Source of the DNA: Chlorokybus atmophyticus
Taxonomy: Eukaryota; Plantae; Mesostigma and Chlorokybus algae
Reading direction: 5' to 3'
Assembly (NCBI GenBank): GCA_009103225.1
Contig: RHPI01002262.1
Span: 1,060,955-1,124,954, forward strand
DNA: 64,000 nt
Shown here: positions 37,576-50,811 of the stretch, piece after piece
Position numbering within the stretch: position 1 is the stretch's first letter
Layout: each line of letters opens with the position of its first letter
Program-made: the position numbers and the translations under genes
Notes under the pieces: generated by a model
The model's database searches: none
What the model was told of the DNA's origin: nothing
The model's input: only the letters and a program-made list of their open reading frames with translations

Positions 37576-38290
37576 TTACAGGTGGACTGAGCCACGACAG
37601 TCTAGATTAGTGTCCTCAGGCGCACGGCCGTTGCCAATATTTAGTCGGCCGGTAGGGAAAACATATTGCGACGCATGCATGAGACTTTGCGACCTGATAG
37701 GCATGAATGACCGCACGCTGTCATCCTCCACGCAAACCACTGACAGCCAATTGATGATCTGCATGCCGAATGTGCGCCAGGGCTCATCTACCTCGGCAAT
37801 CTTAATGATGGTGGCAATGGCCATGGGTACACATGGGTCTTCACAACTCGAGGATTGCATGTCGATGTCAAAAACTTTGTCTTCGTCGTAATCATTTGCA
37901 TGTCTGTACCTTATTGATAGGCATGATACTGGATAATACAACAGCTGTACGTTCAGCTTGCTTCACTTGCAGTGGAGTTGTCACAGTTCAGGATTGCATT
38001 CACACATTACACACATTGCACTCAGTCTTTACCTGAAATCGAGCCAAGTACCCCGCAGCACGTCTGGATAAAAACCGTCGTTCAAGGGGGACCACACCCA
38101 CAGAACGACTATTTTCAAAGGGCTGTAATCGTCAGGGCCAAGAACTCTTCCCCACACTGCAGACCGGCAACGAGCAGATGTGCCGTGTTCGGCAGTTCGC
38201 TCTGCTTCTTGAGCATGCGCAAGAGCTAGACCCGCTGCTCCCTGAACAGTTCTTGGCGTTCACCCCGTTCGTTTTTATCGCCCTCCCATA
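37576..38290 (-). pseudogene. Spliced gene remnant with a possible Tudor-like segment
   Basis: Exon ..LKIVVLWVWSPLNDGFYPDVLRGTWLDFR| (GTAAAG donor), then LSIRYRHANDYDEDKVFDIDM..VHL*. Confidence 0.35.
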
Positions 38291-38376
38291 AGTCCATTGG
38301 CGTTATATGCAATATGCCCAAATGTGCTCTGCTAAACAAATGTTATGAGCGACATGTCCACAAAACCGCTTTGTCT

Positions 38377-38563
38377 CATAAGCACTGTCCGGTGTCTACA
38401 AGATATGCACTGCATTGCTGCGACTTAAAGACTCAACGGCATTGTTTTGTGTCTACGACTTATGCAATCCATTGCTGCGATCTACAGTGTCATAGGCACT
38501 GTTCAATGTTTACAACTTACGCAATCCACTGCTGCGATCTTAATTCTCATAGGCACTGTCCAG
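38377..38563. repeat. Tandem repeat, 57-bp unit x3.3
   Basis: Units start at 38377, 38434, 38491 and 38548 (CATAGGCACTGT..TATGCAATCCATTGCTGCGATCT). Confidence 0.85.
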
Positions 38564-38894
38564 TACTCTAGCTTGACAAATAGTAACGTGACAACTTGGC
38601 AAACGATGTGTAGCAATTGTGGCACCACGAACCAGTAGTGAAAACAGCTGGATATGCATGAAGACTATCTGACTCCAGCTGAACAGCAACCCATTTATGT
38701 TGAGTGACGTGACAAACTCGCAAACTACGTAATGGCAATTGACCTACAGGAGCGGCAACACTAACCAGCAGCAAAAGCAGCTTGACGGCTATTAAAGCTT
38801 GCTATATGCCTGCAAATTGGCTGATTTAATTTGAACAAAGCAGAGCTATACAGAGCTATACAAAAGGCATTCAAAGCGAACCATTGCAGAAAAC

Positions 38895-39054
38895 AATGGA
38901 GCGCGTAGTGTCGTATGCCAGCCGCAGCAACAACAGCGCTGAGGCCAACTACAGCAGCTACTAAGGGGGAGTGTCTCGCCATAGTATGGGCCATCTCCTT
39001 CTTCCGCCCCTTTTTGTTTGAACGGCAGTTCCACTGAAGTGGCTGATGACCAAC
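38895..39054 (+). mobile_element. Gypsy RNase H fragment (5' half of the copy that resumes at 51274)
   Basis: [46 protein letters not shown], near-identical in motif to the minus-strand copy at about 56130-56310. Confidence 0.85.
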
Positions 39055-40040
39055 TGGACACGGCACACCGCTTGACGTTGAAGGACCATGCATGGTCCTT
39101 TTACGGACCCCGCGGACCATGCATGGTTCGTACCCCGCGGGCCAGGATTGCCTGGTCCGCGGGGGACGGACCGTTCTTGGTCCGTTCGGGGCCCCGCGGC
39201 CCGTGAATGGCTGGCGCGACGACGCGCACCACGCATGATCCGCGCCGCACCGTTCATGGTGCGGTAAGGACCAGTCATGTACGCTGGCCCTTGAATGGTG
39301 CGGTCCTACGGTCCTGTGGCCCTGCTAGCGCGCACCGTACATGGTGCCGCACGGTCCGTGCCGCAGAATGTACGGTACAGTACGGACCAGCGACCGCGGC
39401 CCTGCCGCTATCATGAGTAGGTAGCAACAACCTACTTAAGGTGCTATAGATTGCCTAAATGCCTGATTGCACAAGTGCACTTAACGTGTTAATTGACAAG
39501 CCGCACCGACCGTCGGCTATACACTGTGGACAGCCGCAAATAGTCGGCGGCTGATTGACAGCCGGCCAGCTGTCAAGCTGTAAGGGCTGTCTATGCAATC
39601 AACATACAGTCTACCCTCGCTATTAGAGACCTCTGAATAAGAGATCTCGCGATCTAAGAGACAAAATTTTGGGAACCGATCTATGTCAGCCAAAACGTCT
39701 CCTTTCTAAGAGCAAGAGACCCCGCAGTAAGAGAGTTATAAATGCCGACTTTTCTCTTACAGCGAGGGTAGGTTAGTTGCAATCCATTGCTTGCACTGGT
39801 AGCAGCGGCAGCAGTTTCCCGCCTCAGCAGCAGCCAACTGCGCCGTCTGGTGACGCTGCTGTTGTTGGCAACGGCGGTGGCGGCGGTGGCAAGGGTGGCG
39901 GCGGTGGCAAGATTGGTTATATGTGCAAGTAGCCATGTGTGTGTTAACTTACATTGTGCTCACAGCAACAAACCATCAGCACACTGTGAGAGATGCACAT
40001 GCTGCAGAGTTGTATTGTGCCTGTGCATTGAAACACTGGC

Positions 40041-40700
40041 ATGCATGTGCAGATGACAGGCAATGGCAAAACGCGTGTGCACATGACAGCACTGGAGAAA
40101 AAAAAAGTGTGTGAATTGAAGCGCAAGCATTCAGATCTGCCTGCAACCAGCGATAGGTTTATCAGCAAGGTTGAAAAGTTGTTGAAGAAGCGTGTAAAGC
40201 GCTCAACATTGTGCAAAGTGCTGCACTAGAAGGAGCGCTGGTTGAGTGTTAATAGCACTAATGCTCACGAAGCAAATGCTATGCTCAACAGGAGCGCCAA
40301 ACATACACAGCTAGAGCAGGCGCTCTTTGCCTGGTTTACACAAGTGAGCGCTCACTAGTTAGCACACCTTATGTGTGCTTGCATATGCTTGCCTTATCAA
40401 GTGGTCAAGATCACTAACTGTGCCTGTGGTTATGCCTTCAGAAACGTGCCAAGGGCTTGCGAATCTCAAATGCACTGGTGATTGAGCAGGCGTTGAAATT
40501 GCGTGCAGCATTGCACATTGAGGAAGACACCTTCTAAGCTTCCAGCGGTTGGGTGGACAAGTTTAAGAAAAGGTGTGGCTGTTAGCGTGTGTTATGCTTG
40601 CCTTCAAGCACAAACTGCTCCCTGTGTGCATTCATTAAAGCACACACTTCAACTGAATGCTGTACATTGCAATGCATGCGCTTGCATCCTTACAAGCTGG

Positions 40701-40782
<82 letters not shown>

Positions 40783-42060
40783 CCCAGTGCATGCACTGAC
40801 TGATGGGCTTTACGCAGGTTCAACATCTCATGCAAAAAGACTCACGGTGAGTCTGGAGATGCCGATGCTGAGGGTGTCACCCTGGCGCAGCAGAAGGTCC
40901 CTTTGATTATTCAGGAGCTTGAGGCTGAGGCAGATGATGTGTGCAACTTCGACGAGCTCGGCTTGTATAACCGAGCTGCTTCGGAGAAGAATCTGGCGGT
41001 GGATGGAGAACAAGTCCCAGGTAGAAAGAAACGGAAGGAGCGCGTTACCATATGTCTGGCAGTCAACATCACAGGCACTCTCAAGTTCAAGATGGTGCTC
41101 ATTCACAAGTATGCCAACCCGCGATGCTTTAGGAAGACTTTTAATAAGTCTGCATTTGTGCATTATTACCACAATACCAATGCTTGGATGACCGGCATTG
41201 TCTTTACGGACTGAATGAAACGCGTCAACGGGGAGATGGCTGTTGCTGGTCGGCGCATTGTGATGTTGATGGATAACGCAGCAAGCCACAACATCCCCTC
41301 CGTGAAGCGCGAGCAGATGCATGGGCTGGACGTGGTGAAGCTCAGCAATGTGACGATTGTGTATCTGCCCGCCAACACCACATCCGTTGTTCAACCTCTT
41401 GACCAAGGGATAATCGCTGCCTTCAAATTGCAATATAACAAGTTGTTGGTGCGGTGGATGTTGAGTGCTAGTGATGATGAGGGTGTGAATCTTTCCAAGC
41501 TAAACGCAGACATGAAGCAAGCAATGTTGTGGGCGGTTAATGCTTGGGAGCAGATGGACCCACAGGTCATCCGCTATTGCTGGCGCAAAACCAACATTTT
41601 GCCGGCAACATGGCAGGCGGACATCCGCGCAGCTGATGAGCGTGTTCGTGTGCGCTTGACAAATGAGGTTGATGAGCTTGGCAACCTCATTTCACGCTTG
41701 GAGTTGGGGGAAAGAGAGATGCCTGTGGAGGAGTTTGTCAACGCGGACGGAGAAGAGGAAACAGAGGCAGACCTCACCATGAAAGAGTTGGTAGACATGG
41801 TGTCACCAAGCGAGCCAGAGGTTGTTGAAGAGCCAGCTGAGGATGATGTTGACAACACTCCCCCTCCTTGTTACTTAATGCAAGAGATGCGCGCAGCTAT
41901 GGCCGTTGTCTCTAGGTTTCTATGTGACAATGTTGATGTGTTTGGCGCTGGAGATGTTATGTACTTACAACGCATATTTAATGGAGTAAACAAGATGGTA
42001 GTAGCTAACTTAGCGCGCAGGCAGCAGGCTAATATTAGAGTCTTTTGCAGGCAAGCATGA
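40041..42060 (+). pseudogene. pogo/CENP-B-type transposase (HTH domains + DDE_1), 3 exons, in-frame stops
   Basis: LEQALFAWF, ASSGWVDKFKKR|FNI, VCNFDELGLY, KERVTICLAVN, AWMT, MLMDNAASH, LPANTTSVVQPLDQGIIAAFK. Confidence 0.92.
40702..40780. repeat. (CA)n microsatellite in a transposase intron
   Basis: About 40 uninterrupted CA units. Confidence 0.98.
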
Positions 42061-43466
42061 CTTGCCTTCATTTAGTAAAAGATAGTGCTTAGCATGCACA
42101 TGCGCTGTTTGTTGCTATGCGCATAGCAACACCGCATCCACGCATGTTGTGCATGCAACTAATTGCAGTGCATGTAGGCTCGTGCACAACTTGATGCTTC
42201 CACAGTACGCTCGGCAGTGCCATTGCCGGAGTCCCTCGCTGTAAGAGTACTATCTCTTACTGCGAGCACCCTCTTTGTAAGAGCTTTGTCTCTTACTGCA
42301 AATACCCTCTGTCTAAGAGCCTTGTCTCTTACTTCGAGGTAAGAGACCCTCCGAGTAAGAGACAATTTATCAAGGATATTCATGTCTTTAAGAACGAGGT
42401 TATACTGTACTTTATAGTACCGTACGTGTATTTGCAAAAATTTGTGAACATGCACCATTAACATGTTCCATGCGTTTATTTAAGTATCTACGTATATATG
42501 AACATCATACATGTGTATACGTTAATGTAGTATATGTATATATATCATGTAATATAAGTATGAGCGTGTGCATAAATGGATTTAACTCCTATACGCATAG
42601 ACACGCAGGTTTAAATGGTTATATCAGTAGTATTTTGAGGTGAGCCGCATACGAGGTATGTCTCATATAAATATGCATAAGAAGTATACATAAATGACAT
42701 CACTTATTGTTATAGACTCTGATGAGACTGCAAAATGATTGACAGCCACGACCAAGCATTGTGGCTAACCAGCCAGTAAACACCTACGTTGGTGCCGCAA
42801 TGCGGTTTTAGTATGTATATCATGTACACACACACAAATACATATACATATATGTTTATATATATATTTTACGAATGCTTACATATATAAACGTAGGTGT
42901 GTGTATGCACACGCAAGCAGGATATTAACAACCCCTAACAAGATTACATACCTATGAACAGCCCTCAACAAAGCATTGTAGTTTACAAACCTTGGCAGCC
43001 GCCGAGTTGCGGCTGTCTGTGTCATCAATAATGACCTAAAATACTGTAATACCGTTGATCAATATTGGTACAGCCTATGCACATTGATAGCGCATGCACT
43101 GCCTATGGGCCTGTCAATTTACAACGCCGACTTCCTCAGCCGGTGGGCCCAGAAGGGGCTTGCAAGAAGGATTAGACATCCGCCGTTGCTGCTTTTGGGC
43201 CTTTTAATGGCCACGATGTCAGGGGGGCCGTTGTGAGATCGCGATAAGTGCGTGAAGGTTTGGGAGTATGTGTGCGCTTTTATGTTTTGACTTGTGACCT
43301 CGCGTGCTACATTGGGTCTTAACCAAGCGTGTTTGGCTGTGAGGTCCTGTGCCTCCTTGTGACGCTGTGAGGGCTTCCTCGTTGTGAATTTATGTGAGGG
43401 TTTGTGAGTATGCGTGTACTTGCGTGCATGCTCTGTCGGTGCGCGCGGGATGTGTTTTGAATTGAA

Positions 43467-46400
43467 TTGGGGAGCGGCGGTGGCAACGGCGGCGGCGGCG
43501 GCGGCGGCATGGATCAGTCTGAACAGGGGCAGACTTCCCCTAGTGAGGGGGCTGGTGGGGTCCAGTGTACACAGCACCCATCGCTGCCAGCTCAGGAGGC
43601 TGGCACGGAGGCCAGCACCTCCCCGGGGACTGAGGCGAGGAAGGCTAAGCGGAAGAAGCATGCGGATGCGCAGAAGGCTGTTAGGGTAGCCACAAAGCTG
43701 AAGGAGTCCATGATAAGAGCTCTCCGTCGTGATTGCAACTTGCATGAATCACGTGTGCCATACCATGTTGTATTCAATGCAATAAGCAGTGGCAAGAAGT
43801 GGAGGTACCACGCGGAGAATGACGCTTTCCACCAACTTGAGGTGAGTATGCAGTGTTGGATTGATGGGTAACGTGGTCATGTGGACTGAGCAAGATGAGT
43901 GTGCTTGTAGGGTGACTTTGTGGAGCGTATTGCTGTGCATGCTGCTATGCCAAGTGTAGGTGGAGCCATGCCGCATACCCCAGCCCCTAGTGAGGCTAGC
44001 AGGACACCTGCGTTTCAGAAGGCTCTGATGCGCAATGCTGATGTGAGTAGCTGTATTAAATGAGCAGGTTGTACTCGTTGATTGTATTGTATTGGTAATG
44101 GTGATTATTGGTGTAATTGTGCACGCAGGGCCAGTTGGTGGAGGTCACGCTGCCGGCTGGCTCGGTGGGCTTCACGCCTGACAGGGGGCCTCAGTTTACT
44201 CCTAGGCCAGCACTTGGAGAGCGCACCAATCTGCACCCCTCACAGTCTTCGCAGCAGCACTCTAGCCACTACTGGGGCACATGTGGTTAGGGGTTGGGAT
44301 AGGGTAGGCTTAGCACCCATGCCCGGTAGCGAACTCATGCGTACGTCTGTTGACTTTGCTGGTGCTGCTGTGCAGGCAATGCAGATGAACATGCTTGTGA
44401 TAGATGTGCACAATGGCAGACCATGTGCAACGAGTCTACTGCAGAGTCAATCAGCTTGTGTGCAATCACCAATGCACAAGCCATGCATGTGGAGGAGTTG
44501 CAGGCTTCACTGTCTATGACAAGCAACCAGAGACAAGTGAGAGCATTCAGTTGCAACCAGGCAGTAGTTGTGGCAGTGTACGAGGGTATATATAAGATAT
44601 GTAAAGGCCAGTGTGGTGACTGATATTTGTCAACCCTTAGAGCCTGGACGCTGAGTTACAAAGAAGTGTGGAGGAAACATGCTCCCTACAGACTCAGTTG
44701 GGAAGGTGCCAGATGGAGCTCACAGGTGTGAGTGAGGACCTAGCTTGCAGCAGGTCTATCGTTCAGCGATATCAGTCGCAGCTGTTAAATCCACAGAACC
44801 AGCTACGAGCTGACGGCAGTAGGCAGTCTGCGCTTAGGGCTGGGGTGTGGCGAGAGTCTGTGGCTACCATGCGAGATGCAGCTGAAGCACTGGTGGATGA
44901 GGGGCCAGCTACAGTAGCGTGCAAGGCTGTGGCGAGAGGATTGCAAGACGAGGATGCCGCTCTCTTGCTACAGGAGTGGGCACTGCGTTGTGGTGTCGCC
45001 ACTCGGGTGCTGTCACAGGCATTGCAACGTGTTTTTCGGGCTGTTCTGGAGCAACTGACGGGATCCCCAAGGCTCGGCACTGTGCTGCTGGTGCGAGGCA
45101 CTGACCATGGCCGTGCATTGGCGAAGGCTGTGTATGCTGGCTGGGTGCTGCGGAAGCTCAAAGAGTCAGCTGTAAATACAAATCAAAGTGAGGAGGTTGT
45201 CAATGAGCAACTGCTACGGCATCTTAGCAAGTGCGTTCAACAAGCAGCTGTGGTGCGTGTCAAGGGTAACGCAAAGGGAACACCAGACTGGCGGTCTCTG
45301 GACATGTGAGATGAGTTGGATAGTGGGCAAGAGGACGTGGTGAAGGTGTTGAAGGCCATCACAGGCTTGTGGATTGCGGAGAGAGCTGCTGTGCGGGCTG
45401 GTTGTGATGATGATTGTGTGAAGGATCGCCTGAAAGTCATGCGCAATCAGACAGCAATGATATATGCTAGTGCGCTTTACGCACGCAACCCCAAGGCATA
45501 CTCAAAGTTTCACCTGGTGCTAGCCGACTATGTAGAGGGCTTTTGTGCCAAAACAAAGCTGCTGCACATGATGAATCGTCTTGGGTTATGTGTGAGCCGC
45601 TACACACTCAACAGGTCAGTCCAGCAAGGTGATTATGCTACATGGTGATAACCTGGCAGCTGATGTGACGGCCTGTGCTGACCTGGTGTGCTGTGGACCT
45701 TGTAGGCATGTCACAACGAGAACAACTGCCATGGCAACTGCCCCCTTGCAGTTTGGCCTGCATGCGGACGAGTTAGTAGTGTGCAGTATTGACAACCTCA
45801 ACTTTCAACAGTCACATACACTGATGTATATGGGCAAAGAGTCGTCCCACGGCTTGCATTGCACCACCACACAGGCTATCGTTACATGGCCTCGAGCACG
45901 ACGTGACTTTCAGCCCGAAGTCAGCATGACTAAGGTCAGCAGACAATGAGGGTGCTGTGTTGCAGTGCAAACTACTTGATGGTGCAGGACACCTATTAAC
46001 AGGTGGAGTCGTGGCAGCCTGTGAGATGGCGTACCTTGAGAGAGGCTGGCATCCCAGTATGCATGGACTTGGACCACCAGCGTCCATTTCTGCAAGTGCC
46101 ACGAAGATTCTTGGCGCTGCTATTACCAGACATTGTGGTGTACTTGAATGATGGATAGCAAGAAGCGCTGGACCTGTTTCACGTGGCATTATTTCAGGCA
46201 ATCAACGGCAGGCGCAGGAGTGAAGGCCAGCAGTCACACTCTGAAGCATGAGTATACAGCACTGCGCATGTGTGGTGATCGCCTTGGATCATCCATTCAC
46301 TTCCTTCCCCTCTTGCCAATCAACCCAGACAAACGCGAGCACCTGAAGTTGGCACTCGCAGAAATACAAGCCAAGGTGTTAGACCCCTCTAGCATGAGCA

Positions 46401-49400
46401 GCATGCTGATAGCTGGAAATCAGAAGACACATGCACTCATTCTCGAGATTAAGGCATTGGAGCCAGGTTTCTGGGATTGGGTCCTTCCCATGATAGGTGA
46501 CTGGCATATGCTGTTTAATATGCAGCCTGTGGTGTTAAAGATCTTTTTGGACGCTGGTTTGAATTGCCTAGCCCCAAGTGCTGGCTTTGCCAGTTCTACA
46601 GCACGCAATGCTCTTGTGGACGGGAGGAACTGAAAACGCAACAACTCGTTCCTCATGCAGGGCTTCGAGGCTGAGTATCGTGCACAGCTTAAAGCGTTTG
46701 AGGCTTCCGCTCACTACCAGCGTCACCTAGAGAGGCAGATACTCAACACTCACCCAATCTCTGCAGAGAATGCAGCAATCAGTTACCACACCGAGTTTGT
46801 GGCCTATGGAGCTGCAAGAGCTGAGAGAGACAGCACATGGGCGCTCTGATGGCATTTTACACAGCGTGATTGCCTACCTTATGTTACTTTGTACTTTGCC
46901 ACCAGGACAAGTGATTGGCAGCTTCGTTGTGCGTCCTTGAAGATGCTTGCACCTCTGGCCTTCGCCTGGGACAGGCCACATTATCAGAGGGTGTTTAGCA
47001 GTCACCTGACTGACCTGCGCACTTGGCCTGCTAGTGTTTTGCAACTGCTTGGTGATGGGCACTTTGCAGTGTCCATCAACGGGAGATGGGCTGCAAGCGT
47101 AGCTTGCGAAGAGGCTCATAAAATGGTGATCAACCGTGACCTGAAGCAGTGCATCAGCAGGCCCAGCGAGGAGTACCTGCGTCGCAAGACTCTGCACCTG
47201 ACAACACGAGCTGCTAGCATGAAGAATTTGGACGCTCAAGTGCTACCACCTCCCAGACCACTCCCAGAGTGGGATTACAAGCGGACACTCAGCACAGTGG
47301 CACACATGACCGACACCATCCACAGTGCCGCTCACTTGATGGTTGAACATGACCAGGAGCTGCAGCACCTGGTGCGCGAGGTGGCCGCAGAACCTGGTGC
47401 TGCAGCTGACCTAGCGCGACATTACACACTTGGGATCGAGGGATTCAAGGCTTTCATACAAGACAAGTATTGCAACAACCAAGGCGTGGTCAAAGTCAAG
47501 CGAAACAACCTAAGAACAATGGCAACTATCAGCAAGAAGGGCAATAGTGCAAGAACTGCTAGAAGGGTGGCTAATGACCATGCACAAGCCATGCGGAAGC
47601 TCACATCCAACGACCTACCTCCAGGACACTTGACTGCGAGGTACCTGGAGATACCGTAAGCATTCTTCGATGTGGAAGGCAACATGCGGAAGGGTAACAA
47701 GGCTGCATTTCTGGCCAAGCTTGCAGAGAGCAGTCCAGAAGCCTGTGCTGAGCGCTTTCCCACCGGCACTGAGTGCTATATCACGGAGGGCATGTTCATC
47801 TTACAACAAGTGCCTGCAGACACCATCATTACCTATGGAGACTACCTGCAGCAGTTGGTGAGAATACACCTGCGTCCTTGCTTCGCTGCTGATAGCGTTC
47901 GGGAAGTGCATATCGTATTTGATGACCCGCGGCATGCAATGGGCGTCAAATCAGCCTGCAGGCTAGAAGGGACGCCACTTCTGTTAGTGACACAGACAGG
48001 ATTGTAATAGGATTAGAGAAGGCACTGCCAGGGAGGTGGCGCCAGCTGCTGAACAACCGTAATGCCAAGCGCGAACTGTGCAGCCTGATCACCAAATACT
48101 TGCCAACTCGTGCGGCGCAGTGGTTGCGCAATGGCCAGAAACTTATCCTGGCTGGAGGGAGCGACCACCAGAAATATCAGCAAGGTGCTCGAGTTCTGCA
48201 ACGCATTGAAGACGAAATCAGCATTAGCCAAGACACTTCATTGGACTGCAATCACTGTGAAGCAAACAGTAGGGTGTGGTTCCATGCAGAGAACACACCT
48301 TGCAATCAGGTCGTTATCTATTCACCTGACACGGACATCACAATAGTTGGGTTGGCTGCTATGCAGCAAGGGCTACTGCAGTCCAAACAAGTCTTAGTGC
48401 AGACCAGCCTCGAGAGGGCCTCCTCCACACGTTCACATTTCATCCACCTCAACCCACTTGTACTGGGCCTGCGACAACAACAGCAGTTAAGACACACACC
48501 AAGCCAAGCTGCAAGACATTACATCATGCTTGTTTTCGCTGCCACTGGCAGCGACTATACAAGCTACATTGCAGGCATGGGAAAAGTGTGGCTCTGGCAA
48601 ACAGTGGCAGAAACTGACGCAGAATTTATTTCAAGAGACATGGCACTGCAAATACCTGAAGCAATGCTGTTGCGCTTGCTGGGTTGTGCTTACTTTCTTG
48701 GAAGCATGCAAGACACTTCCAATGCCCCAGCCCAACAGCATTATTTCATGACACATGTGGTGCCCATGCAAGCAAACATGACATACATACACTCACCCTT
48801 TGGTTAGCAGCCATCCACGATGCCACATGGCATACGATTTGGAAAGAAGAGGATAGAATGCCAACTGTAGATGCCATGTTATTTCACTGCAAGCGAGCAT
48901 GCTGGGTGGTGAAGATGTGGCTGCAGGCTCCACGATAGCACCTGATGACAGCACCGTTGTCAGAGCATGGTTTCACACAGCAAGACAAATTGTGGACGGC
49001 ACAGCTAGACACACCAGCGAACATGACAAGCGCTCGAGGACGGAGACTTCTTTTATTGAAGGGGTGTGGCTGTTCGAAGACGGCGTGCAGCAACAACCAA
49101 TGTCGTTGCAAGCGTGCTGGGCTTCCCTGTACTAACAGCTGCAAGTGCACACAATGCAACAACAGACACAAAGCACCTCCAGCACCACCACCACCAGTGG
49201 CACCATCCATGCCCAGAGTGCAGACACAAACCTAGTACCAAGACCGCATGTATGACCTTGATTCCTCGTCGTCCTCCAGCGATGAGGAAGACGAAACCCT
49301 TGAAGATAATGCAGAAGAGGAAGAACAAAACCCAGAACCAGAAGATGAGTATGCAGAAGACGACAGCGCTGCTCAGAGAGACTGGGAGACAAATGCAGCC

Positions 49401-49439
49401 AATGCCCAGGACTGGGTGGGTGAAAACTCTAGACCTTGA
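43467..49439 (+). mobile_element. Academ-type (AcademX-like) transposase pseudogene: transposase core + XPG/FEN1-like nuclease + Cys8 (CXC) finger
   Basis: CSIDNLNF, AG(N)QKTH, LPMIGDWHMLFN, FAVSINGRWAASVACEEAHKMVINRDLK. XPG-like NHCEA(N)SRVWFH, VIYSPDTDI, ATGSDYTSYIAGMGK. C-terminal CGCSKTACSNNQCRCKRAGLPCTNSCKCTQCNN, then an acidic tail. Many stops and frameshifts. Confidence 0.75.
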
Positions 49440-49543
49440 GGACTTAAACTGTTAGCACTAGAGATTCCTGTTATGCAAGTGCTGCCAGCAGATGCTCATC
49501 CATGCAAAAGCATTTAGTATGCACCACTGCATGAGCACCATCA

Positions 49544-49576
<33 letters not shown>

Positions 49577-50323
49577 CNACTTGTTTGCACAAACAACGTC
49601 ACATTATGCACAGTGCAAACTAACATGCACGAAGGTCCGACTATAGTCCTGCACTGCACAACCAACACACGTAGTACACGTAGTACACCTGCCTATAGCT
49701 GTCCCCCCCGAAGACAGGCCGATCGGGGGTACCCCGCATGGCCATAGCCGCCTACACCGCCGCCTCACCCAAAGCAACCACACACAGCCCAGCCGCCACC
49801 CACGCCGCCGCCGCCGCTGCCACCAATACGCACAGCAACAACAAAAACGACCCCAGCTATGGGCGACAGATTTTAAATTCTCCCAAGGCAGCAAACCCTA
49901 ACACGCTGTGCACGCGCAGGCACAGGACGTCACAACACATCACACAAAAACACGTCACAATTCTGACACGAAGAGCACGACGAGTCACAGATTGGCACAC
50001 AATCATGCACACATCATCACAACAGTGCACGCAGAGTCACACATGGCACATCACGTCATTTCATGCATGCGCACACTCCGTCACATCACATCACACACAA
50101 AATCAATGTCACCAACGCAGCCCACGTCACTGAACGCATTGACACCGCCGGTTAATAAATGCCAGTGAAACCCTTATGGGCCCACTGGCTGTCCTGTGCA
50201 ATCTCCGCCGCCGACAGTCGCCAAGCGGCCGTTGGTACAATCTACGATCCAAGTACACTGACCCTAACGGCACGTGCACATGTAGCTTAGTGGTTAGGGT
50301 GTCGTGTTTGTATTCCAAAGGTA

Positions 50324-50811
50324 CAGTCTACCCCCGTTAAAAGACTTCGATGTAAGGGAATAACCTCGTTAAGATCATCGTTTTGCAAAAGACCGATCGT
50401 TTTTCAGGGGAATATCTTCGGCTAGTGGAATAGTTTTATTCGTAATAAGACTAAAGAGAAGGCAGGAAATTTTAAGTGGGGTCAGTCTTATAATGGGGGA
50501 ATACCTTGTTAACAGCATAACTATTTTGCTGATATTCAAATAAACATCACCTTTAACAATAGAAGCCATGTATGATATTATATAATATATACATGAAATA
50601 TGATATTATATAATATATACATGAAATTTACTTTTGCCACGTCAGCATATGATGACGTGGCTTAAGGTTATTAGTCAATACCCCCATTAACAGAATATAT
50701 ATTCTTTAAACGGTAAATGAATATGTATTCTTATTAACGCCAACAGAATAATCCCGTTAGTAAAATGAAAAGCTGAAGGATAAACGTGATTCTTGTAACG
50801 GGGGTAGACTG
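50324..50811. mobile_element. pogo-family MITE (488 bp)
   Basis: Perfect 16-bp TIR CAGTCTACCCCCGTTA, TA on both flanks, AT-rich interior with a 28-bp direct duplication. Confidence 0.92.

Larger units (their letters stand above)
39607..42407 (+). mobile_element. pogo/Tigger-like (Tc1/mariner) element with TA target duplication
   Basis: TA|CAGTCTACCCTCGCTATTAGAGAC ... GTCTTTAAGAACGAGGTTATACTG|TA, imperfect about 25-bp TIRs. AAGAGAC subterminal repeats at both ends. Confidence 0.85.

Noticed and set aside
49548-49578. Poly-C run with an N
   Set aside because: Homopolymer of unreliable length; no feature supported.
50172-50185. TTATGGGCCCA matching the Copia PBS
   Set aside because: No adjacent LTR; likely chance or a TGGGCC promoter-type motif.
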